From assembly GCA_030295235.1 (NCBI GenBank), contig AP026142.1, positions 1-64,000 of the forward strand: a stretch of 64,000 nucleotides of DNA, written 5' to 3'. This DNA comes from Fistulifera solaris. Lineage: Eukaryota. The notes under the pieces were generated by a model. It did no database searches. It was not told the origin of the DNA and was given only the letters and a program-made list of their open reading frames with translations. Each line of letters begins with the position of its first letter. The first letter of the stretch is position 1. A program made the position numbers and the translations under genes. Of the stretch, positions 1-10,583 are shown in pieces.

Positions 1-453
1 CCTAACTCCTAACCCTAACCTCCTAACCTCCTAACCCTAACCCTAACCCTAACCTCTAACCCTAACCCCTAACCTCCTAACCTCTAACCCCTAACCCTAA
101 CCCTAACCCTAACCCCAACCCTAAACCCTAACCCTAACCCTAACCCTAACCCTAACCCCAACCCTAACCCTAACCCTAACCCTAACCTCTAACCTCTAAC
201 CCTAACCCTAACCCTAACCCTAACCCTAACCTAACCCCTAACCCTAACCCCAACCCTAACCCTCAACCCTAACCCTAACCCTAACCCCAACCCCAACCCT
301 AACCCTAACCCTAACCCTAACCCTAACCCTAACCCTAACCCTAACCCTAACCCTAACCCTAACCCTAACCCTAACCCTAACCCTAACCCCTAACCCTAAC
401 CCTAACCCTAACCCTAACCCTAACCCTAACCCTAACCCTAACCCTAACCCTAA
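1..453. repeat. Telomeric repeat array (CCCTAA)n, chromosome end
   Basis: Continuous CCCTAA units from base 1 with variants (CTCTAA, CTCCTAA, CCCCAA, CCCCTAA). The C-rich strand at the 5' end is the expected orientation for a left chromosome end. Confidence 0.98.
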
Positions 454-859
454 CTGCAAGGAATCGCCTTCCATAATGATTAATGATGAATCAGTTGTCC
501 ACCTCACTACAACAAAGCTCTATGATCATACCCAGCAATTCTACAAAGAGGACACCATTCACATTGGTACAACATTGATCAAAGTCTAACTCTTGATACA
601 ACATTGATCAAAGTCTGTGAAATGGATCCAAATGCACCAACTCAGAACTGCAAATGTCTTTGTTGCACAAAATAATTTTGATACTTTGATTTGCATTTCC
701 AATGAAATCTTCTTCTTTTCCTTATTTCCAACATTTCCTTCTATTCCATCTTCCTTACTCCTTTGTTACTGATTCCTACTTCCTATTTACCTAGTTCTAA
801 GTTCCTTTTCCAAGTTCCAAGTTCCATATCCCAATTTCCAAATTCCTAACCCTAACCCT
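454..859 (+). repeat. Subtelomeric repeat copy 1 (5'-truncated, ends in CCTAACCCTAACCC)
   Basis: Near-identical to 2456-2863 and 2975-3346. It has a pyrimidine-rich 3' part, a terminal telomeric tract at 845-859, and is joined directly to the telomere. Confidence 0.95.
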
Positions 860-2863
860 TCGGACAGTACTATATACAATCCCCATTTCCATTTAATTAT
901 TTAGTTAATTATTTATTTACCTAGTAGGACACAATTATTAGTAGTAGGTTAAGAAAAAAGAAAGACCCAAAACCTCCAAAATCACAGCTCAGCACATTTG
1001 GCATGCAAATTTTGCAGGGAATGTCAACACAATGCCATTCAGTACCCAATACGGAATGTACACACAATGTGCACCAGTACCCAATACTTCCGATTCAGCC
1101 GAAATCTTCATTGTTTCTGTCGCCTCATCCGAAATCGCCAAAGAATGCATCTCAGGCCCATTATCACCTTGTATTTTTGTCAGAAATATGCTCTCAACAA
1201 CAGAAACAAACATTTCCACATCTTTCTCAAATTTTAATCTTTCTTCATGTTTCAACATAATCAACTATTCAGCTTCTTATCACGGACTCAACTGTCAAGT
1301 CCATGGTACCATTGGAGCTTGGCATACGGAGATACAGGGGAAAATGCAACCAGCTGAAAAATGGCTCCTGACCAGACTTAACAAGGGTTCTGACAGTAAA
1401 ACTTCTTCCTTTCTATTCACAAAAATATAAGTGTCAACTTCATCATGCAATTGCTGTCAATTAAGTCCTTATTTTACATCTTTTACTTCACTTCAATGTC
1501 GGATGCCAAAGTGCTGTACCTTTTGACAGAATTTACTCATCCATGTATGCTTAATTGGCAACCAAACTCCTCCATATATCACTTTTTAGTCCGCTGATGA
1601 CACTTGTGTTTCTCAAATTCATTTGAATGACATGGAATGTGTCGGTACAATCCAAAACAGCACTCATTTGGGGTGCGTTTCGCTCATGGTGATTTTTGAG
1701 ACGCCATAACTCCCCCCAAAAATCGCTCAAAACACCCGCTTCTTTTCTCATCCTCCCTTCATGCTCACAATGTATCATATGCGCACCATTTTCAACTGAG
1801 AACGGCAATATTTCCAACTTCAAAGTGTAATTTCTTCAAGCCAACAGGCATGACGATCATGCCATTGCCATTGGTATGAAGGACAGACTGCAGAATTTTT
1901 GAACTGTTGGTGGATGTGAAGGACAGACCGTGCATGGTGACTAACAAGAAGATTTTCACCTTGAACTTTTGCAACAGAACCAAGTTTTACTACAACAAGA
2001 ATGGTCAGAAAATCAGCAATCCCTCTTTCTAGGATGATCATGTCAGTATCAAGCATCCTGCAGAGAGAACTTTTCAAGCATTGAAATTTGTGTGTTTGTT
2101 CCACGATTACCTTCGCTTCTTTCACTTGACAGATTGCTACAATGCCACGGCCCCAGTACCATAACTTTGCAACAACAAATAGAGCACATGCAAAGGTAAT
2201 AATGTTCAGTCCCAAAAAAACAAATCAGAATTCCTTGCATGAACCATTTCAACAGGCATTGGAGCAAGACCCTGCTGGTATCTTTCCTTGCAATGGCAAC
2301 CCTGCGCGCCATTACCATCAAATTCTACTTTCCACATCTAGAGCACCATTTTCTGGTGAGGCCCGCAGGAGAACCCTGTCCCTTGAAAAGCAACGCACCC
2401 TAGTTTGTCACGATGCCCCCGACGCTGACAATATGCCAAGCATGTTTTGGATGCACTGCAAGGAATCGCCTTCCATAATGATTAATGATGAATCAGTTGT
2501 CCACCCTCACCACAACAAAGCTCTATGATCATACCCAGCAATTCTACAAAGAGGACACCATTCACATTGGTACAACATTGATCAAAGTCTAACTCTTGAT
2601 ACAACATTGATCAAAGTCTGTGAAATGGATCCAAATGCACCAACTCAGAACTGCAAATGTCTTTGTTGCACAAAATAATTTTGATACTTTGATTTGCATT
2701 TCCAATGAAATCTTTCTTCTTTTCCTTATTTCCAACATTTCCTTCTATTCCATCTTCCTTACTCCTTTGTTACTGATTCCTACTTCCAATTTACCTAGTT
2801 CTAAGTTCCTTTTTCCAAGTTCCAAGTTCCATATCCCAATTTCCAAATTCCTAACCCTAACCC
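860..2863 (+). mobile_element. Longest copy of a putative telomere-associated element, degenerate
   Basis: Its 3' ~520 bp is shared with the flanking copies and ends in a telomeric tract at 2850-2863. The interior is CpG-poor with stop-riddled ORF remnants. Classification as mobile is inferred from architecture only. Confidence 0.5.
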
Positions 2864-3346
2864 ATTTCCTGGTGAGGCACGCAGGAGAACCCTGTCCATT
2901 GAAAAGCAATGCACCCAAGTTTGTCACGCGATGCCCCCGACGTTGACAATTGCATCAAGCTTGTTTTGGATGCACTGCAAGGAATCGCCTTCCATAATGA
3001 CGCCTTCAGTTGTCCACCTCACTACAACAAAGCTCTATGATCATACCCAGCAATTCTACAAAGAGGACACCATTCACATTGGTACAACATTGATCAAAGT
3101 CTGTGAAATGGATCCAAATGCACCCACTCAGAACTGCAGTTGTCTTTGTTGCACAAAATAATTTTGATAGTTTGATTTGCATTTCCAATGAAATCTTCTT
3201 CTTTCCCTTATTTCCAACATTTCCTTCTATTCCATCTTCCTTACTCCCTTGTTACTGATTCCTACTTCCTATTTACCTAGTTCTAAGTTCCTTTTTCCAA
3301 GTTCCAAGTTCCATATCCCAATTTCCAAATTCCTAACCCTAACCCT
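2864..3346 (+). repeat. Subtelomeric repeat copy 3 (5'-truncated, ends in CCTAACCCTAACCC)
   Basis: Aligns to about 2348-2863 and lacks the internal TACAACATTGATCAAAGTCT duplication seen in copies 1 and 2. Telomeric tract at 3332-3346. Confidence 0.95.
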
Positions 3347-3588
3347 GCTGCTGCGCGCCGAGGGATGGAGCCCCTCCGCGCCGATAGACCCACCTGGGAT
3401 GGCTCAGGTCTTTTGCTCTATTAGAGCTGCTGCTCTCCCATCTGGAGTCCATTCTTCTCTTGTGCAACCTGCCACTTGTATTCCTGGTCGCATCATTCTC
3501 ATTGCATCCTCCCCATCACCCTACATGTCTCATCAGGCTGGTTTTCGTAGTTCTAGCTTAATTTCTTCCTATAGCTGCGTTTTTTCCA

Positions 3589-3609
3589 CCCTAACCCTAA
3601 CCCTAACCC
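3589..3609. repeat. Interstitial telomeric tract (CCCTAA)3CCC
   Basis: Read directly; it closes a ~240 bp segment (3347-3588) unrelated to the other copies. Confidence 0.95.
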
Positions 3610-3854
3610 ATAAGTACAGACGCGTACGTACTGTATTCGGTTCGGTACCCGTACCGGTACGGTACCGTACCAGTACAAAGTACAAGTACCAGGTATCTTC
3701 CGTCATCGCCCTTGCACTCGCACGTCTTTTTTCCCTTTTTTTTCTTGTTTTTCTCGACGTGGCCATCGCAGCGACGAGGGATACTTTTGTTGCAACGAAA
3801 GTTAAGTTTGTCAAGGTATCAACAGCATTTTAGCGGTAATTAACATAACAAGGG

Positions 3855-5843
3855 ATGATTGCTAATACTGGCAGCGCACCGCGTCTTCAGGGAGGTTTTA
3901 TTACCTTGGACACGGTCAAGAACAAGGTAATACTATCGAACGAGAAGCTTTCTCGTTCCTTGCTGATCGACCGAAAGTTTTCTTGCCGGTCTATTGATTT
4001 TTGATAAGCTCTCATTGATGTTGATTTCGCTTTTTCCCTGAAGACTGATGTCAAGAATCGACGCACCAAGATCGTCTGCACGATGGGACCGGCTTCGTGG
4101 TCGAAGGAAGGCTTGGGAAAGCTCATGGACGCCGGAATGAACGTTGCCCGTTTAAACTTCTCGCACGGAGATCATGAAGCTCATGGAGCTACACTAGCTC
4201 GTCTTCGTGAAGTTGCTGCGGAAAAATCTCGTAACATTGGTGAGTGATTCTCATTGAATTCTGTCGATTGCAATTTCGATTCTCCTATTGGGTGTCTCAT
4301 TTATTTTTCTCTTTTCATTCGTTCCATCAGCGGTGCTCCTTGATACCAAGGGTCCAGAAATCCGTACAGGATTTTTCGCGGAAGGCGACAAGATTCATTT
4401 GGTGAAAGGCGAGTCAATCGTTTTGACGTCGGATTATTCGTTCAAAGGCGACGCGAAGAAGCTCGCATGCTCGTACCCTACTCTTGCCACCAGCGTTAAA
4501 CCGGGTCAGCAAATCTTGGTTGCCGATGGCTCGCTTGTTCTAACTGTTTTATCGTGCGACGAAGTACTCGGTGAAGTCAGTTGCCGAATTGAAAACAATG
4601 CCTCCATTGGTGAACGCAAGAACATGAACTTGCCTGGAGTGGTTGTCGACCTTCCAACGTTTACCGAGAAGGATGTCCACGATATTGTCGAGTTTGGTAT
4701 TCGCAAAGGCGTGGAGTTCATTGCGGCTTCGTTTATTCGAAAGGCCGAAGATGTGCGTAAGCTCCGAAAGTTGCTTGCTGACAACGGTGGCTCTCGCATC
4801 AAAAATCATCTCCAAGATAGAAAATCAGGAAGGCTTGGAGAATTATGAGGAGATTCTGGAAGAGACCGATGCTGTAATGGTGGCTCGTGGTGATTTGGGT
4901 ATGGAAATCCCGGCATGTAAAGTGTTCCTTGCGCAAAAGTACATGATTCGTGCGGCCAATATCGCCGGAAAGCCAGTCATTACCGCAACGCAAATGTTGG
5001 AGAGTATGATTACGAATCCCCGTCCAACGCGTGCCGAATGTAGCGATGTGGCGAACGCTGTTTATGATGGAACGGATGCTGTAATGCTTTCGGGAGAGAC
5101 CGGTGCGTATTGAACTGATAGTTTGGCTACCTGTAATCATTATGGCGTTTGCTCACTCCCTATTTTAAACAACTTCAATCTACTATCGTCGCAGCCAACA
5201 GCCCGCACTTTGAAGCTGCAGTGACGGTTATGTCACGCACCTGTTGCGAAGCCGAAGGTAGCCGAAATTACAATTTGCTACATCAGTCGATCCGCAATAC
5301 GATTGTCATGAAGTACGGAAAGTTGACGGTAGGAGAATCGATTGCCAGCAGTGCGGTGAAAACCAGTATCGATGTTGGTGCTAAAGTGATTATCGTGTTA
5401 AGTGACTCGGGGAAAATGGCTGGCTACGTTGCTAAATTCCGTCCCTCCATTCCGGTCTTGATGGTGACGGCAAACTTGGTGGCAGCGCGTCAAGCAAGTG
5501 GTTTGTTGTTGGGTATGCACACGATTTTGGTCGATACCTTGCAAAAGACGGACACGTTGCTGGATCGAACTTTTGCATGAGCTCACTCATGCTGGTCTTT
5601 CTGAGGGCGATACAGTTTGTATTATGGCCGGTCGTATGACTCAAATGAAGGAACAATTGCAGGTCTTTACGGTCGGTGCGAAAGATATGCATTCTTCTCA
5701 CGGTCACATTGTAAGTTGCAATAGACATGTCGCGCGTTTCTGTTTGAAAACGTTTTTTCTCACTTTCGTCGATTGTTTCGTCGAAGCAACATGGAGGTGG
5801 ATTCTTCTTTTCTCGCGGCCTTTTGCTTTCGTACTCGGCTTAA
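3855..5843 (+). CDS. PK: Pyruvate kinase (multi-exon; apparent frameshifts near 4801 and 5560)
   Basis: Motifs [71 protein letters not shown] introns at about 3927-4043, 4240-4330, 5103-5194 and 5711-5786. No obvious targeting presequence. Confidence 0.96.
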
Positions 5844-6106
5844 TTATGAACGAATGCCTTTTTCATTATTATAGTAAAGTTTTTCGAGCTGAAATATGTC
5901 AAGGGTAGTCGTCTTCTGTCGTATAAACATAGGAATGTCATGATATTCGTCGAACTACCAGGAAGTGCCTCTAGCCTCTAGGTAGCTACGAAGTACAGTC
6001 TTTTCGTCGCTCGTTTTTCTCGCTTCACTTTTGGCAAATATTCATTCGATACGTATTTGCAATACGGATTATCAAACAAAACATTCATCAAACAGATAAT
6101 ATAATT

Positions 6107-7119
6107 ATGGGAGGGAAAAACGAAGCCGCAAAGAAAATCTCTCGGAATCCGGCGACTCAAAAGCCCACCGTCCAAGAAACAGCATGTCAATAAAGGATCC
6201 GATTTCAATCCTCTCTGGATTGAGCAATCAAAGTTTCTCGACAGCCTTTCTGAGTTGGAAAAGAATTACTTTTTCGACGAAAAAATGTTAACACGGAACG
6301 TCGTGCCGCACTATGGACGGAACAAGCTGACTTGGGCGAGAGATTAATACGAGATTATGCGTGGTCCACACCCGACGATCGTGCCCTGCGAGTTTTGCGC
6401 CATTTTAGTCCACTAATTGAAATAGGTTGTGGATCGAATGCTTACTGGTGTCGTATGATGACACAAGCTGGTGTGGATGTAATCGGTTTCGACAAGGATC
6501 CGAAGCAAGGTGGGAAAATAACGGTAAACCAGAAAGGGAGTAGAACGTTGCATGCCGGAAGTGGCGACGGCCACTCTTTCAGAGTGCAAAAGGTGGCCCG
6601 GAAGTGTTGCAAAACCCGAAATATGCCAAGCGTACATTATTCTTGTGTTATCCAGACGAAAATGTGCTCGAGACGGACGGAAATATTGATGACGGCGGAC
6701 AAACCAAGTCACTCGGTGCTGCCTGCTTAGAACAGTTTCAAGGTGATACGATTATTCATGTTGGCGAATTGTTTTCCGATTCATCTCTGTCAATAGATCA
6801 GGCGCCTTGGGGAAGATCTTCGAGTTCTGAATTTCAACAGTTGCTAGCTTCCGACTATCATTGCCTGCTACACATGCGTTTGCCAAATTGGTTGCACACT
6901 CGAGATAGTATTTCCGTCTGGCGTCGTTCCAGGACGTGTTCGCTTGTTTTTGCGGCGGAAGAAGACGACGAAGACGACGAGGACGAGGAATATCATTATC
7001 GCCATATCCCTCCGGAAGAAATGTTGCCCGTCGACCGAGCTGCTCCGTGCCTAGCACATCTGTTGAGGGGACCAACACACAAACCGGAGCAATCAAACGA
7101 CTATTCAAGTCCGTGGTAG
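6107..7119 (+). CDS. SAM-dependent methyltransferase-like conserved protein (frameshifted)
   Basis: YAWSTPDDRAL...LIEIGCG motif I, then LFLCYPD, IIHVGE and LPNW, spread over ORFs 6332-6730 and 6604-7119. The start is inferred. Confidence 0.6.
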
Positions 7120-8278
7120 CTACTTAGCGCACGTGAATCGCGAACTAAAGGACGTTTTTCTCTTATAATTAAGAAGGAAATTTATTTGTAATGAGGTACT
7201 TCAGCAGGTCCAGCCGTCGGTGCTAAATCGAGTTTGATACCCGTCGGTCTCAATTTAGCCTGTAGAAAGTTATCTCCATTCGATCCGCAAAAGTCTTTAC
7301 CAGGTGCTGGTTTGAAAGTGCTTGATTCGTTGACAGTGACTTCCTTTCTTATGCTACCATCACCACGCGATGTGTACGTTGTTTTCGTGGTCTTCGTCCA
7401 CGTTCTTTCACTCTACTGGAAGCGGTGGTATCGGTGGGAGCTCCTGAGGCATGATTGAAGGAATAATCAACCTTCAAATGAGATGAAATGATCCTCTAAT
7501 ACTTTCTTTTGATCGAACTATTGTTGAATTTCTGTTCTTCGGTGTTGGTTGTGTCTTGAAAGATCGAAAGAGTCATTATAACTCCCAACAGAATCAGGTC
7601 GCACTGGTTCCAACAAAGGCTCGGCTAATATTTACTGCATGTTTTCCGCAGATGTAGTTCACAATATATGGGAGGCAAACATCTTATGTGACCAGATAGA
7701 TCTGGATTGGAAGCTTTTCCTTTCATAAACTGAAAGTTGATTGTTATTTCTCTGGTAATTAGAATGAATAGAATGCCTTCAATCGATACAGGGATTGAGA
7801 GTCGAAAATCGCGTCGTCACGCCTACTCTTTCTGAAATAGTATGAGGCTTCTGCAAACTTCTATCCGTATTCCGTATTAACTGAATCGTTCGCTGCCACA
7901 ATCATCTTTGAAATCAAAGATACCGGGTACCAGTAGATTCATAGTTCATAGGCAAGAAGAATGATGTGAGAATCGGTCTTGATTCGACGCGAGAGTGATT
8001 GCTTTGGGCTTCGGGTTTAAAATATCATTCTGACGTTGGTATCAAAACGGTATTCACACTTAATAAAGTACTTGATTTTATCATAACCGGATAAGCAGTT
8101 GACGCGCAGACATTGCCGGCAAAGTCTACAAATGCGCCGCTAAGTCGTCTTCATACTTTGTAACAAGCAAAACAACAAACAACGGCGCGAGCGAATTGAA
8201 GATAGCTGTTCGACTGTAGAAGAGGACTGGTCGCTATTATTGTTATAAAGTTCTTATCATAGCACAAAACGGCAACAA

Positions 8279-10316
8279 ATGGGCTGCAATGCGAGTAAAC
8301 AAGCGACGGGCGGTAACATTGCTACAGACGAAAGAGCAACAACAAACAGCAACAATGATAAAGCGACAGCCCTTTCTCCTGCATCAAACAGTAAAGCAAA
8401 AAGTCCTCGCAATAATCAATCGAATCCAATCACTAGCAGTTTAAGAAGAAACAAGAGTCAAGACGATGGAAAGATTTATCAGTTACTTTTAAATGCGCAA
8501 CAAAAATCCAGCCGAAGCCAAGACAATATTACCCAACAATGTTTCCATCACATCGACAAATGCATCTTATCGGTATCCTTCGCATCATGCGACTCCGCTG
8601 CATGTTGCGGTGAAATTACTCGACTCCACAGCTACCAATGTTCCGGCTATTATCAAGAGTCTTTTGAAAGCGTTTCCCAATGCGATATTTACCAAGGACG
8701 ATCGAGGCAATATCCCCATATATTATGTATTGACATCGCAATCGGGGCGATGGGAAGCACGGGCTATTGTGCTCGATCTACTGGTAGGAACGGATCAGAC
8801 TAGTTTTACCACCGAGTACCTACAACGCAACAATCTCAAATTTGGAAAAGAAAATGAGTGGTCGGCCCTGTACAAGGCGATTCATTCGCTTTCGGATGAT
8901 TTTGATGGAGCAGGGCCGACCGTTTTATACATACAGACATTGCTAGCGGCTTGCAATGATACCAGCTCCGTTGTTGCGAAAGGGAATGCGAGCGATGGAG
9001 ACAAGCCATTGAGTCTGCTGTACCGTCGCTTTACTCGACAATTTGATTTGGCCGAAAAATTCTTTTCCGGGGACAACAGTCGACCCGAAGTTGTAGAGCA
9101 TCGTCAAAAGTACAAAACGGCAGCAGGGAATACGTGGAAGATTATTGAGTCTCTGTTACAGGATGGATTGGAGGCGGATCATCAAGAAGACGACGACGAA
9201 GCCCCTTTCCGGACAGTTCACTGTGCCGTGCAAGTAGAAACACCACCGGATCTATTGCGCTATATTGTAGAGACCAACGCGGACGACTTGGGCATGGCGG
9301 ATCATACGGGGCGATTGCCGCTGCACTATGCTGCAATCTCTAAACCACCTGGCGATAAGAGTCGATATCCCGCGTTTTATACCAAGTATGTCGTTGACGA
9401 ACTGCTCTACAAGTACCCTGAGGCGGCATCTTTCAAAGACAATGACGGCAACTATCCGCTGACTTTGGCCGTCCGTAGTGGTAAGCATTGGATTGGTGGT
9501 GGATTAAAGTCGTTATACGAGGCCTATCCCGAGGCGCTGGAACAAATCAATTTAGACACACACGATGCCTTGCGAAACGCGTTGAGTCTAGAGGAATCTA
9601 CCGGAGTGACACCCAAAGACTATAAAAACTCAGATATCATTCAAGATGAGCACCACGATGCTATCATGCTGGTCCAGCAAAAGAACGTTGAAGTTTCGGA
9701 AGTTGTCACTAGCCTGTGGGCTCACGAAGAAGATCCTGGAGTTCAAATGTTGGGTTGCATGGCATTGTCTCGGATGATCGAGAACGCTGACGGCAATCCG
9801 AGTCAAATACTCCGGATAGCCATGTCAGCTGTACCAGCAGTTGTCAATGCGATGAAGGCGCATGGGAACGAGCAAATAGTTCAAGAAAAAGCTTGTGCAA
9901 CTTTGCAAGGCCTTGCGGTCTGTGATGGTCGTCGTGAAGTGTCGTTTGTTGCAAGCGGTGCGGTCGCTGCAATAGTGGGGGCGATGCAGGCTCATGTAAG
10001 CGATCCTGCTGTTCAAGAACAAGGATGCGGAGCCCTTTCCCAGATAATGAAATACGGTGGTGACGACCGAGCAACAATCGTTGCTAGTGTGAGTGGTTTA
10101 ACTGCGATTGTGAATGCCATGGCTGCACATCGTGGAATTGTGGCTGTCCAGCGAAATGCCTGCATCGCCTTGAAAGAAATGACCGAATTTCCGCACGCTA
10201 ACCTTCCCGATTTACCAAGATCCCATTTGGAACCGTTGTTGGAATCGGCTCGTCGTCAATTTCCTGATGAATGTGAACCAGTGGCAAAAATACTTGAGTT
10301 GCGACTTTCTCAATAA
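8279..10316 (+). CDS. Ankyrin-like plus armadillo-repeat protein with N-terminal MGC acylation signal
   Basis: MGCNASK start; TPLHVAV, GRLPLHYAA and GNYPLTLA ankyrin-like motifs; C-terminal ARM-like repeats (AMKAH..VQEKAC, AMQAH..VQEQGC). One frameshift near 8500-8530. Confidence 0.85.
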
Positions 10317-10583
10317 ATTCAAACGTCAATCCCGATATTATGTGTTAGTATGATGTATTAGAGGCAAGTATTATATGCAACGAATGATTTCAATACGCAT
10401 TTTGTAATTCTAGAAGATCACTACGAGTCAGAGCCTTTTACTCATGACTGATATTGAGTCGTATAGTGGAGGAAGAACTTTTGTGTCATAGTAATCGGAT
10501 GGGATTTTTTCTTTGTGCGGTGCAACCAGGAAACGATCACATTCATTATTATTTCAATCCCAATACAAAGGGTAAGAATAATT

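Noticed and set aside
1..260. Variant telomere units as a distinct repeat code
   Set aside because: Irregular single-base variants at a contig end cannot be told apart from read error without raw data.
256..507. ORF with LGLG/VRVR repeats
   Set aside because: It is a translation of the telomeric repeat.
2348..2390. Hammerhead-like string CTGGTGAGGCCCGCAGGAGAACCCTGTC at the 5' boundary of the repeat (also ~2869)
   Set aside because: Attractive because Penelope-like elements carry hammerheads, but both copies deviate in the CUGANGA and GAAA cores and stem I does not pair. An Infernal search on a multi-copy consensus would be needed.
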